Shown here: one piece after another, positions 36,395 through 46,324 of the stretch
Layout of the letters: every line of letters starts with the position of its first letter
Position numbering within the stretch: position 1 is the stretch's first letter
Virus record (IMG/VR): IMGVR_UViG_3300042514_001858
Location: 1-64,000 of that record
Direction: 5' to 3' (one strand)
Length of the DNA: 64,000 nucleotides
From: a virus
Notes under the pieces: generated by a model
Database searches by the model: none
What the model saw: only the letters and a program-made list of their open reading frames with translations
What the model was told of the DNA's origin: nothing
Program-made: the position numbers and the translations under genes

Positions 36395-37126
36395 TTAATT
36401 ATCAAAAAATGTTATGTCAATATCAAATGATTTTTCTTCCCCATCGATAACCACTTTCGTTTGGGTTCTATCAATTTCTTTAATTTTATCAATAAATTTA
36501 GCAATATCTTGATTGATAGACAGAGGCAAGTTCTCAATTACTGAAATTCTATCTTTGACAGACAATTCAGAGAAGCCCAAAGATTTGTCACCGAATTTCA
36601 CACTCTTGACGAATTTGACAATTTCAAAGGTGAATAGATTAGTCAGATTCTTTCCAACATCTTTTTCTCCATCTTTTTTCAGAATATCAATTGCATAATT
36701 GATGACTTTATTTTCTTCAGATAATGTAGGGGTGTCCAATTCTACTGTCACTGCTCCTTCGACAATATGTTGGAGAGGAATATCAATTTTATCTAAAATT
36801 TTGATGTCTTTGATATCAATCTCTCCTTCTGATGTTTTAACGATGTCACCTAGACTTTCTTTTCTCAATTTTAAAATAACAGGGATTTTATCAACAACCA
36901 ACCAATCATTATTTCCAGTGTTTTCAATAATAATATCATTCAACATTTTTTGGAATTTCAAGACACCAACAGTTCCTTCTGTGAAAGTTGAAATAATATT
37001 TTTTTGTTGTTTGAATGACAAAGGAACACAATCAACTTTTTCACCAGTGGTGATACGATTTACTTTGAATTTTGTATTTTTTAAATCTTGGATACTTTCC
37101 AAGAAGTTCTTAACATTATTGTCCAT
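36395..37126 (-). CDS. putative baseplate hub assembly protein (gp26-like)
   Basis: PLSFKQQK...ILKLRKESLGD pattern; TAAATA-N5-ATG. Confidence 0.6.
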   Translation of the reverse strand: MDNNVKNFLESIQDLKNTKFKVNRITTGEKVDCVPLSFKQQKNIISTFTEGTVGVLKFQKMLNDIIIENTGNNDWLVVDKIPVILKLRKESLGDIVKTSEGEIDIKDIKILDKIDIPLQHIVEGAVTVELDTPTLSEENKVINYAIDILKKDGEKDVGKNLTNLFTFEIVKFVKSVKFGDKSLGFSELSVKDRISVIENLPLSINQDIAKFIDKIKEIDRTQTKVVIDGEEKSFDIDITFFDN

Positions 37127-37158
37127 GCCCGTATTTACTGCGACAAATCATTTGTCAA

Positions 37159-37860
37159 CTAAAAAAGTGGCATATTTTCCGTTGGAGCTTCACCTTTCAT
37201 TTTATCTATGTAATATTCAATATCCATGATGGTAGAATCCATTAAAATTTCACCATCAATTTTCTTTGAAAGATAATATATGATATCTCGGAAGTAATCC
37301 ATATCATAAGAATAAAACAATCCTTTAATCATTTCGTATGGTAAAGATGTTAAGAAGTTGATTTCCATGTTTTCCAGTGCAGCATTTTGTAAAATGATTT
37401 TTTTATCATTCGCGTTTACTAAAAATTGTATCATTTTATTATAGAAATCTGCTGGTAATTTTTCCAACATTTCATCTTTAACTTCATCTGATAATTCCGC
37501 AAAATTAATAATAAAATTGCCGTATTCTATTTTTTTAATAAAATTGGATACCGATAGAATATTCAATTCTTTTATAAATTTACTTGGGATATCGACTAAT
37601 ACTTTTATATTCGAATGTTCAAACCAAGTGGGTTCGGTAACAAATTCATTCAATTCCTTTATGAGATAATCTAATGATATTTTTATATTTTTCTCTTTTA
37701 TATTGAAATTGATGGTATATGAAACATACTTCTCCCAATTCTTTAAGATGTTTATGAACTTTTCATGTGTATTATTACCTTTGAATTTATTCAAATAATC
37801 CACGAAGAAATCCTCATCTTCCTCCAAACATTTTTTTATATCTTTGATTGTTATCCTCAT
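37159..37860 (-). CDS. hypothetical tail/baseplate assembly protein
   Basis: ORF within tail operon; start trimmed to MRITIK overlapping upstream stop. Confidence 0.55.
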   Translation of the reverse strand: MRITIKDIKKCLEEDEDFFVDYLNKFKGNNTHEKFINILKNWEKYVSYTINFNIKEKNIKISLDYLIKELNEFVTEPTWFEHSNIKVLVDIPSKFIKELNILSVSNFIKKIEYGNFIINFAELSDEVKDEMLEKLPADFYNKMIQFLVNANDKKIILQNAALENMEINFLTSLPYEMIKGLFYSYDMDYFRDIIYYLSKKIDGEILMDSTIMDIEYYIDKMKGEAPTENMPLF

Positions 37861-38468
37861 TACACAGCAATCTGTTCGTAATTCTGACAACCAAATGTCA
37901 CGGATTTCACAGGAAATTCTGTATTTTGATAGTCCATCGTAAATCCTTCAACACCAGTGGGAAATGCTTTTCTAAAGATATAACCTTTTCTCAATTCACC
38001 ACCGTTTGTGTATTGTTTCACTGTAATATCAGCTTTGAGGTTTGCACCTGCTTCGATTAATCCTTTTATAGATGTAGCAATAATCCAAGGTCTGAAGTAT
38101 TCATGTTCCAAATCTTTTCTAGTCTCTAAAAAGTTTATAGAAAAGCTACGAGACAAGAAATCTTGTCTACTGTTCAAAACATATCCTGGTAAAAATCCAC
38201 CACTATTTTCACCAATTGAACTGGAACCAAAATTAGCACCTTCGGTTGGAATTGTCACTGATTGTGCTGGTAAAATATTACCATTTTTTGTCATGGAATT
38301 AGGAGTGATCTTAGCTCTCCATTTTTCCTGTGCTAACTGTAAATACTGGTTTATGGAATCATTTGATACTCCATCAATGGATACTGACCACAATACTGGT
38401 ATAGAAAGACAGTATCTAGCGTCCCCTGAAAACGCTTGGAGGAAATCTTCAATCTGTGGGTGAGACAT
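37860..38468 (-). CDS. tail tube-like protein (gp54/gp19 fold)
   Basis: FSINFLET...YIFRKAFPTGV...VTFG tube-fold pattern. Confidence 0.65.
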   Translation of the reverse strand: MSHPQIEDFLQAFSGDARYCLSIPVLWSVSIDGVSNDSINQYLQLAQEKWRAKITPNSMTKNGNILPAQSVTIPTEGANFGSSSIGENSGGFLPGYVLNSRQDFLSRSFSINFLETRKDLEHEYFRPWIIATSIKGLIEAGANLKADITVKQYTNGGELRKGYIFRKAFPTGVEGFTMDYQNTEFPVKSVTFGCQNYEQIAV

Positions 38469-38484
38469 GTAATTACTTAATCAC

Positions 38485-39054
38485 TTAGACCAGTCCACGA
38501 TAGAAATGATACGCGAAAGTCGCAGTGAATGTTTTAATTTCACCAGTTCCATCAGCAATTTCATAAGAAACTTCGCTGATATTTCGAAGAGAAGCACCAA
38601 TCAATTGGATGGTTCTACCAACTTGCATTTCACTACCCGATGTCACATTGGAACCTCTTTGACAAGGGATTTGAAGAACATCCAAAGTAATTACGGATTC
38701 ATATCCTGGCATACAAATATTACCAGTGGTGGTTTCGTTGTCGAATAGGACTCTACTTGCTCTTTCGAGTTTCTCTCTGATATCCAAATTTTGATCAAGA
38801 TAAAATTCTACAGACCAACCTTCAGAACCTGGATAGCTAGATTTTCCAGGAATATTGAAAGTTTGACCAGAATAATTCACCTGTTTGTTTTCAATATCTC
38901 TTCCAGGAAAAGTAGCTGTTTTAGCGTAAACCAAATCAGTCTCACCATTCAAGGAGAGTCCTGTGATGTCGATCTGTTTAACACGGAAAAGGAAGTCGCG
39001 AGCAAATTGTTTTTGCATCGCCTGATTCATAAAATTTTCGATTGTGGTCGCCAT
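38485..39054 (-). CDS. gp19: tail tube protein
   Basis: FARDFLFRV, ATFPGR, WSVEFYLD, FTATFAYHF; directly after sheath. Confidence 0.8.
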   Translation of the reverse strand: MATTIENFMNQAMQKQFARDFLFRVKQIDITGLSLNGETDLVYAKTATFPGRDIENKQVNYSGQTFNIPGKSSYPGSEGWSVEFYLDQNLDIREKLERASRVLFDNETTTGNICMPGYESVITLDVLQIPCQRGSNVTSGSEMQVGRTIQLIGASLRNISEVSYEIADGTGEIKTFTATFAYHFYRGLV

Positions 39055-39059
39055 AATAG

Positions 39060-39065
39060 TATTTA
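39060..39065 (-). promoter_or_regulatory. T4-type late promoter (TAAATA) for tail tube
   Basis: 5 nt to ATG 39054, downstream of the sheath terminator. Confidence 0.7.
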
Positions 39066-39103
39066 ATCATCCGATATAACTTTTTCCAAATAAATCCTTT
39101 TAT

Positions 39104-39141
39104 AAAAAAAAAATCCTGACTGGTATTGCCAATCAGGATTT
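39104..39141 (-). terminator. intrinsic terminator after tail sheath
   Basis: AAATCCTGATTGG-loop-CCAGTCAGGATTT hairpin followed by a poly-U run on the minus strand. Confidence 0.85.
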
Positions 39142-39163
39142 CTTATATTATTTAGTATTAATA

Positions 39164-41599
39164 TTATACCAATTCGTCGAAGTTTGCATCGGATCTGGTC
39201 GCTGTGAAGGTGCAGAGGATGAACTCACCAGTTCTCGTTGGTTTGATTAGAATATCAACTTTCAGTTCATTACTATCAATGACTTGTGGCGTGTTATTTC
39301 TTTCATCGCAGACAATCAAGTAATCATAGCAACCACCGTTTTCCTTCGCAGTTTTGAAGATTGGGTTCAATGTATTGACCAATCTGGTGCGAGTAAATTC
39401 ATTGTTAGGTTCAAACACGAAGAATTGTGCTGTTTTCTTGGTAGGTCTTTCCAGAGCAAGGAACAATCTACGAACATTGATACGATCAAATGCACTTGGT
39501 TTGCGTGACATCGTTTTTTGACCGAACACCACGATTCCTTGAGATGCAGAGAACATAACAGGGTTAATGTTTACCTTGTAAAGTTCATCACGTTGTTTCT
39601 GGTTAGGATTGATAGCGATATCCAAAGCGTTAGTTACAAGACCACGAGTGAATCCAGCAGGAGCAGACCATGGGAATTCAGCAGCATCGCTACGAGCCAT
39701 GATAGCAGCTTGATAACCAGAGAATGGAATCCAAACTTTTTCACCAGTGAAATCGTCATAAGCTTGCACCCAGTTACCATAGGTAGCTGCATACGAGGTG
39801 TTCTCCAATTCAAATTGGTGTCTCATTGCCCAATAAACGTCTAATTGGAAGTTTCTGGTTTTGTCAGTAAGAATCTTACTGTTTCTTCCAGTCACAAGAA
39901 GATGACGGATTGGATCAGCAATAAAGATACAATCACCACGACCACCAGTATTGGATGGAAGGTTGCAGAAATTTTCAAATTGATTGAACACTGCACTGTA
40001 ACTTCCGCGAATATCAGTAGCAACTGCATCATTGAAAATATCTTGTGATGTTCTGAGAGAATCAACTTTCGTTTTCAATGCAGGAGTGTATAGAGTGTCA
40101 TCGTAATAAGTTGTTCCAGCGGCAGATGCCATTGTGAATACCGTTCCAAGACCACCTTCCACGACAACATCGATGTCATAGATTTCATCATTTTTAACAC
40201 TTTCCAAAGCACGATTGATTTTACTTGGAATGCTTCCAAGGGTTTTTTGAGTAATCACTGTTGGGCTGTATGCACCAAGAGGATATAGAGCATCAGCTTT
40301 TACTGCCAATTTGTTAGTAATTTCATCCAATTGTTGTTGAAATGCTCCGAACTTGTTGGTAGCAGATAAACTACCAACAGCAGATAATTTGCTAACTTCA
40401 TTGTAGAAATTATCAGTAAACACTCTGATCTTCTTCTGAGGATTACCTGAAACATCCAACGAAGATTCTCTAAATTTGTTGGAAATGTATGGGTTCACCA
40501 TGATTTCCACATTACGAGCATTGGTATCTTGACTTTCCAAGAAGAAAGGAACAGATGGACCGCCTGTAGGATTGAGTTGAGTGCGGAATGTATCAATCGA
40601 ACCAACAACTCTGTCATCCAACACGAAATCCAATTTGAAGGATTCTGTGGCATAGATACTCTTACGAAGTTTGAATACACCAACGTTCAGAAGGTCATCA
40701 TCTTCTCTACCATCAATGTTGTAATCTGTAAGATTCTCCATGATTTGAGAGATGCTATTCGAAGCTCCTGTTGCAGTAGAAGACAGATTGAATTGCAGAG
40801 TGCCATTTGGAATCTGAGTATATGTGGTATGGTAAGCAGCAGTCAAGCTAGTGGTATATGCACGAGTGACAGCATTGAATGGGGAAGCTGGATCGATGTT
40901 AGTATTATCGCAAATACCGACATAGTAACCTTCAAATTGGCTATTGATAGTCGTTTGTGCTTTATCGAGAACGATAACACCAGCACCACCTAGCGATGCC
41001 AAGGAGTTGAGTCCTGTTCTAGTCGCAGCAGTTGCATTCCAATCAAATAGAGTTCCTTCCATTGCTTGGGCATATTGAGCTTCCGTTAAAGTGAACTGGA
41101 TAGGGCTACCCAAGATGTAAGAAGCAGCAGAAAGATCCAGATTAGTTGTAACCGATGCTGACAAATTGGCGATACTGGATAAAGCTGCTAAAGTTGCAGC
41201 GGAAAGAGTTTCGCTACTCAAATTAGCGACATTCGTGGCAGTAATAGGAACTGTAACAGTGTCGGGTTTAACCGCAATTACTGGATAAACCAGTGCAGTG
41301 TGTTGTGTACCGAATCCGTCACCAGAACCACTACCATAAGGAATGCGGAAAGTGTAGATATTGGCAGGAGAATTCAAAAGTTCTCTTACAGTATAATAAA
41401 AATATCTTTCAGCACTATTCGTTGGTGTGCCGTAAATCGAGTCCAATTCGTCTCTAGTGGTGATTTTGATCACTTCATCCGATGGTCCTTGTGGGGTGAA
41501 ACCAGTCACGAAAACGTTAGTACCAACATTTGTTGGTGCGATGAGACTCAAATCTCTTTCGAAAATTTCTACTCCTGGGCTGTTAATTGTTCGTTGCAT
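39164..41599 (-). CDS. gp18: tail sheath protein
   Basis: SPGVEIFERDLS N-terminus, PWSAPAGFTRG, QRDELYKVNINPV, GQKT..SAFDRINVRRLFL; ATG 41599 is 5 nt after TAAATA. Confidence 0.95.
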   Translation of the reverse strand: MQRTINSPGVEIFERDLSLIAPTNVGTNVFVTGFTPQGPSDEVIKITTRDELDSIYGTPTNSAERYFYYTVRELLNSPANIYTFRIPYGSGSGDGFGTQHTALVYPVIAVKPDTVTVPITATNVANLSSETLSAATLAALSSIANLSASVTTNLDLSAASYILGSPIQFTLTEAQYAQAMEGTLFDWNATAATRTGLNSLASLGGAGVIVLDKAQTTINSQFEGYYVGICDNTNIDPASPFNAVTRAYTTSLTAAYHTTYTQIPNGTLQFNLSSTATGASNSISQIMENLTDYNIDGREDDDLLNVGVFKLRKSIYATESFKLDFVLDDRVVGSIDTFRTQLNPTGGPSVPFFLESQDTNARNVEIMVNPYISNKFRESSLDVSGNPQKKIRVFTDNFYNEVSKLSAVGSLSATNKFGAFQQQLDEITNKLAVKADALYPLGAYSPTVITQKTLGSIPSKINRALESVKNDEIYDIDVVVEGGLGTVFTMASAAGTTYYDDTLYTPALKTKVDSLRTSQDIFNDAVATDIRGSYSAVFNQFENFCNLPSNTGGRGDCIFIADPIRHLLVTGRNSKILTDKTRNFQLDVYWAMRHQFELENTSYAATYGNWVQAYDDFTGEKVWIPFSGYQAAIMARSDAAEFPWSAPAGFTRGLVTNALDIAINPNQKQRDELYKVNINPVMFSASQGIVVFGQKTMSRKPSAFDRINVRRLFLALERPTKKTAQFFVFEPNNEFTRTRLVNTLNPIFKTAKENGGCYDYLIVCDERNNTPQVIDSNELKVDILIKPTRTGEFILCTFTATRSDANFDELV

Positions 41600-41604
41600 A
41601 TAAT

Positions 41605-41610
41605 TATTTA
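41605..41610 (-). promoter_or_regulatory. T4-type late promoter (TAAATA) for tail sheath
   Basis: 5 nt to ATG 41599; resembles T4 gp55 consensus TATAAATA. Confidence 0.7.
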
Positions 41611-41636
41611 GCAAATACCGAACAAAAATTTCCTAT

Positions 41637-42242
41637 TTAAGAAAGAGTCTGATTATATCTATCACATCCTAGCAAATTGATGTGCATTTGTGAGAAAACA
41701 AATGTGAAACCACTTTCTATTTCCATTTCACCCGTCTCATTCTGAGAGAATGCTAATTCGTCGATTGATGTTACAAAGGCTTTCGTATATTTAAATTGGA
41801 TTACTTTATTATCATATTCATCTAAACCATACATCGTTATATCTGTTTGATAATCAGAGAAATTACCATCAACTACAATCCCCTTTGCATTAAATTGACC
41901 TGTTTCTTGATCATGTTGCAGATTCAACCATTGATAAATCGCCCAATAATTATTATAACCAGAATCCACCTTAAATTTAACATTTACAGGAGGATATGGA
42001 TCTTTGGAGTGAGATGACACATAAAGAGTATCACCAGCATATCTAGTCGCAATCGCTTTGATTGTCAGACCTGGAACCATTGTCCCATAGATGCTGAATT
42101 GCACACTATCAGGAATGATCGTGTCATTATTTCTCGTGTAATTTGATTGGATTTTCTTGAGAATTGGGGGCAAATCGAAAACGAGAAGAAATTTGTCTTT
42201 TCTTGATCGATTAAGCCATGATTGCTGGATTTGTCGGGGCAT
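41637..42242 (-). CDS. putative tail tube terminator/completion protein (gp3-like)
   Basis: Tube-like fold motifs (VNVKFKVD..YNNYWAIYQWL; FKYTKAFVTSI); position between terminase and sheath. Confidence 0.55.
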   Translation of the reverse strand: MPRQIQQSWLNRSRKDKFLLVFDLPPILKKIQSNYTRNNDTIIPDSVQFSIYGTMVPGLTIKAIATRYAGDTLYVSSHSKDPYPPVNVKFKVDSGYNNYWAIYQWLNLQHDQETGQFNAKGIVVDGNFSDYQTDITMYGLDEYDNKVIQFKYTKAFVTSIDELAFSQNETGEMEIESGFTFVFSQMHINLLGCDRYNQTLS

Positions 42243-42251
42243 CTATATTAT

Positions 42252-45092
42252 TTAGCCAAAATACTTATTCATAGCATCCCATTGCTCATAAGAAATATTC
42301 CTATCAGGATTTGAATTTATGGAACCTTCAGGTAAGAACCATCCCTGTGCTTCTAAATCTGCCATGTCACTAGCTGCCATGGAACCTTCCCCACCAAAAA
42401 GCATTGGTGCTAAGTTGGAATGTTCAATTTTAGCAACTTCTTCGTTAGTGTAAATAGATGTGGATGATTTGTATTTGAATAGTCCTTGATCAATGGGTTT
42501 GATCACCAATGGTTTGTCACAATCATCATATTCGTCAATTTCAAAATACAATTCTGTGATATCTTTATAAAGAGCCATCAATGCCCACACAAATGCCATA
42601 ACTCTATCATCGTGTTCCCCACTTTTTGCTTTCCAAGAGCCATTGGGGTATCGCACAAAATTTTTAAATTCTTTCAGGGTATCTATATTACGGAATGTTA
42701 CTGATTGTGCTTCATTGACGAAGTATCTCTGGTTCTCCACCGCTTTGTATTTGGTGTTGATATGGGAAATCATACCATTTTGTTTGTTCTTATGAGCTTC
42801 TTTTGCACCCCAAGATACCAGATTTTGATACATGTGAGTGTTTGCCAGAGTATCACAAACACCTGTTCCTTGGTTATTACGCTCAATTAATAATAGAGGA
42901 TTTCCCCAATTTCCACAAACATCTACCACTTCATTGGTAAATTCTGATGGTCCTTTTTTATTTGTCCAATATTCCGCAACTTGTATGATTTGCTTTGGAT
43001 TTGTCACATCCAAAACTTGCAATACAGATGCATCTATACCAACACCTTCAGAAACGTCTCCACCAATCACATAGATTTTTTCAGAATCGTATTCTTCCCA
43101 TATTTTATAAGCACCTTCTTTTAGAACATGGATCGGTTGTTTGCATTCATTCCTAAGTCTATCAAATAGGGATTCATCAATCGATTGTTGACTATTATCA
43201 AGGAAAACATTTCCAAATTCCTGCATGAAAGCTTCATATGATCCCAGAGCTTTAATTTGTTGTAATTTCCAAGCTTCATCTCTTCCAGGTATTTCATCCC
43301 ACTCAATTTTATGGGGAGTGAATCCATTTTCACCTTTTTCAGCTTCAGTATAAAGCTTGTGGAATAGGTTTCCCACTTGATTGGGTGTGGATGCCGCAAT
43401 AATCTTAGATGTTCGGGAACGAGAAATTGTGGGGTAAACAGACTTCCAAAATTCATCAACAACATGTTCCTCCAAGAATGCCAACTCGTCCAAAATGAGC
43501 AGATTCAAAGCAGTTCCACGGATCGCTGATCCCGTTGTAGTTGAGATGCTGATACGACTACCATTATCAAATGCACATCCTGTTTTACCATATTCCTCAA
43601 CTCCTGGCTTTAACCAATTTGGTAACTCCTCATAAGCCAAACGAATTCTTCGAAATATCTCAATCGCAGTGGATTCTTTGTTTGCTACAATAATGGTGTT
43701 TCTGTATGGTTTAAAACATGCTTCGTGGAGAGCAGCAATGGTCATCATTGTAGTATTATGGGTTGGGATAAATGACTTACCACACAGGAACAAATTATCA
43801 CTTGAATCCACAGTAATACATCTAACTGGAACCGATTCAATCGGTCTTATATCTTTAATATAGTGCCATTGATTTCTTTTATTTGATTCTGGTTCTTGAA
43901 TATTTTGTAATACAATTCTATTCTTTTTAAAATTCAATTTTACAACATATTCTCTAGGATAAAATTCAATACTGTGGGAATCCGCACATTGTTTCCCATT
44001 TAAAAATGTTTTTCTTACTTTATAGGTGGTTTTATACCCCAAACTCTCAACCAATTCTTTGAATTGATTTACTAAATTTTCATTTTTATTGGTAAATTTG
44101 GCATGACCACGAGTGTTGATACTCCCATCACTATCCATCAAACCTTTTAACAATTCCAATCTTTGCTCTCTGGATGATTCCAGATAATCTTTGGGTATAT
44201 ACTTATTTCCCAATAAATTTAAATTTCTTAAATCGTTGTTTAACGATGCTCGATAACCGATTTTATCCCATTTACCGTCTATTTTTCCCAGATTGACAGA
44301 ATAAATGTTTCTATTTTCTCTATATACTTCAGAATATTTATATCTTTCATATTGTGATAATATTTCTCTCAATTCATTAATATATTGATACCCAACTGTA
44401 ATTCGAGAAGAATCTGTCGATCCATCTCCCAACCACATTCCCAATACATAAGGTGGGATTGTCAAATCCTTTTCTTCCTTCTCTACTCCATTTATACAAG
44501 ACGGGATTCTGTAAAAAGGTTCTCCAGATTTTGTTTTAAAATTTTCAATTAATTCTTTAGTTGTTTTAATGCTTCCACTTGAAACAACTTTTAAATCCCT
44601 ATCTCTTTTTGATTGGACAAACCAATTATGATCTTCATCAGCTACAATAACTTCACCATTATCAAATTCAACTTCGTAACACGGTCTATCATATCTAATG
44701 TTATGCGCCATGGCAATATTGCAAGGTTTACCATCTCTCCCATAGACCACATCACCATCTTTGAGTTCTCCCATTGTTGTCCAACCATTTGGTGTAGGTA
44801 TTGGAGTATCAAGAGCCAATGCCTTAGAAGCTTGACGGGGGCTAAGAATTACGTTAAATCGATTATCAAAAACGCCTTTTAAAATTCTTTTTTGGAAATC
44901 ATAAAGTTGGATATTAACCTTACCAACATCACTATCAGGATCGATTATATAAAAATAATTAGCTGCAAAATGAATAATATCATTCCTACACTTTTCAATT
45001 TCAACCACCATCTCTGGTGTATATTCAAACGCTGAATTTGCGCTGGGTAAATTAGTATTACCCATATAATTTTGTTTCTTTTTAGCAGCCAT
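42252..45092 (-). CDS. gp17: terminase large subunit, intein-containing
   Basis: YMGNTNL, PRQASK|TT Walker A, LILDELAF Walker B, STPN, FMQEF, GGDVSEGVGID, HDDRVMA. Confidence 0.95.
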   Translation of the reverse strand: MAAKKKQNYMGNTNLPSANSAFEYTPEMVVEIEKCRNDIIHFAANYFYIIDPDSDVGKVNIQLYDFQKRILKGVFDNRFNVILSPRQASKALALDTPIPTPNGWTTMGELKDGDVVYGRDGKPCNIAMAHNIRYDRPCYEVEFDNGEVIVADEDHNWFVQSKRDRDLKVVSSGSIKTTKELIENFKTKSGEPFYRIPSCINGVEKEEKDLTIPPYVLGMWLGDGSTDSSRITVGYQYINELREILSQYERYKYSEVYRENRNIYSVNLGKIDGKWDKIGYRASLNNDLRNLNLLGNKYIPKDYLESSREQRLELLKGLMDSDGSINTRGHAKFTNKNENLVNQFKELVESLGYKTTYKVRKTFLNGKQCADSHSIEFYPREYVVKLNFKKNRIVLQNIQEPESNKRNQWHYIKDIRPIESVPVRCITVDSSDNLFLCGKSFIPTHNTTMMTIAALHEACFKPYRNTIIVANKESTAIEIFRRIRLAYEELPNWLKPGVEEYGKTGCAFDNGSRISISTTTGSAIRGTALNLLILDELAFLEEHVVDEFWKSVYPTISRSRTSKIIAASTPNQVGNLFHKLYTEAEKGENGFTPHKIEWDEIPGRDEAWKLQQIKALGSYEAFMQEFGNVFLDNSQQSIDESLFDRLRNECKQPIHVLKEGAYKIWEEYDSEKIYVIGGDVSEGVGIDASVLQVLDVTNPKQIIQVAEYWTNKKGPSEFTNEVVDVCGNWGNPLLLIERNNQGTGVCDTLANTHMYQNLVSWGAKEAHKNKQNGMISHINTKYKAVENQRYFVNEAQSVTFRNIDTLKEFKNFVRYPNGSWKAKSGEHDDRVMAFVWALMALYKDITELYFEIDEYDDCDKPLVIKPIDQGLFKYKSSTSIYTNEEVAKIEHSNLAPMLFGGEGSMAASDMADLEAQGWFLPEGSINSNPDRNISYEQWDAMNKYFG
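43755..44822 (-). mobile_element. class 3 (Ala1, WCT) intein with LAGLIDADG endonuclease in terminase (356 aa)
   Basis: Starts ALALDT; block B DEDHNW; LGMWLGDG and LKGLMDSDG; block F VRCITV; ends PTHN before Thr. Confidence 0.9.
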
Positions 45093-45101
45093 TGGTATTA
45101 C

Positions 45102-45893
45102 TTAAAAATAATTGCCATAAACACTCCCATCACTACCTCCTGTAGATGGTGGGAATATCTCATTTCTCACAATATCGTCTGAATTTTCCGTATAAATCTT
45201 ATTGGCACTCAAAGCACTAGACAATGCAGGGAACAATACTGAAGATATTTTACCAAAGTAAGAATTATCAGCAATTTGTTGATTGAATGCTTCTCTAGGT
45301 TCATTGGTAACGAAATTGTGTTCACTACGAACAGCTTTTAGTCTCCACACATAATGACCCATTGCTGGATTGAGTTCTGATTGATCCTCATCCATCGCCT
45401 CTGTCACTTCAAATATCTTAGCACTTCTACCATTTGGTCTATCGCAACCAAATGGATAAACGATAATCTTATCCTGTGATTTGGGTTCCAATGGATGATT
45501 CTGAAAATAACTCAAGGATGCAAATTTTGTTTCAAAATCATCAATGTGTAGATACAGTGTTAGTGTATCAGGAGAATCCATACCAGCCAAAGCATAAATC
45601 GGAGAACCGTTCTCCATCTGAATATATGCTTTGATTTCCATTGCACTCAACCAATACATCGTGGTGTGTTCACCGTAAATAGAGTTCATTTGGTCTGGTT
45701 CAAAAGTATTGACCATGTAACCAATCGTCACACCGTAATTATTGATAAGTTCTCCAAATTGAGAATTGAAAATTGCTCTTTCTGCTTGGAAATTGGATGG
45801 ATCAGCAAATCCACCACAATTAGGACGATATACACCAGCGAAAATGTTTTCAGGTGTTAAGCACGATAAAGGTATTGTAGGACATCCAGCCAT
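45102..45893 (-). CDS. putative neck/head-closure protein (gp14-like)
   Basis: ELINNYGV...IYGEH...EPKSQDKII...FEVT...YVWRLKA pattern; synteny. Confidence 0.65.
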   Translation of the reverse strand: MAGCPTIPLSCLTPENIFAGVYRPNCGGFADPSNFQAERAIFNSQFGELINNYGVTIGYMVNTFEPDQMNSIYGEHTTMYWLSAMEIKAYIQMENGSPIYALAGMDSPDTLTLYLHIDDFETKFASLSYFQNHPLEPKSQDKIIVYPFGCDRPNGRSAKIFEVTEAMDEDQSELNPAMGHYVWRLKAVRSEHNFVTNEPREAFNQQIADNSYFGKISSVLFPALSSALSANKIYTENSDDIVRNEIFPPSTGGSDGSVYGNYF

Positions 45894-46252
45894 TATTTTT
45901 TAATTTCTACGATTTTTCCACATTGTTGACCATGAAGATTGGTAAACATTTTTATCATTTGATCGGAATTCTTTCTTTTGATTTCCTTTCCATCTTCAAA
46001 TTCGATGCCACCCAAAGATCCCAACTCTTTTAATAATTCATCACCAATTAAAATTTGTCCATTACTTCTGATCTTTTGATATGGTCCTTTAGTTGAAATA
46101 TTTTTCCTATTAACCATGCGAGCAATATCACTACCACCTTTTTTGTTTCTAGGATTTACTAAACTCTGTTTGATATTTCCGAAAGCATCTTTGTGTCGGT
46201 ATTCCAGTATGACACCGTTGTGTTTTTCAAAAAATTCCAGAAAAGATTCCAT
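45893..46252 (-). CDS. hypothetical late protein
   Basis: 119-aa ORF; TAAATA-N5-ATG. Confidence 0.65.
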   Translation of the reverse strand: MESFLEFFEKHNGVILEYRHKDAFGNIKQSLVNPRNKKGGSDIARMVNRKNISTKGPYQKIRSNGQILIGDELLKELGSLGGIEFEDGKEIKRKNSDQMIKMFTNLHGQQCGKIVEIKK

Positions 46253-46265
46253 GTTATTATTTAAG

Positions 46266-46297
46266 AAAAAAAGGGAGAATCACCACGATTCTCCCTT
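46266..46297 (-). terminator. intrinsic terminator
   Basis: AAGGGAGAATC-loop-GATTCTCCCTT hairpin plus U-run on the minus strand. Confidence 0.85.
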
Positions 46298-46324
46298 CTT
46301 GAGTTTATTTTTTTCTAGAAATTA

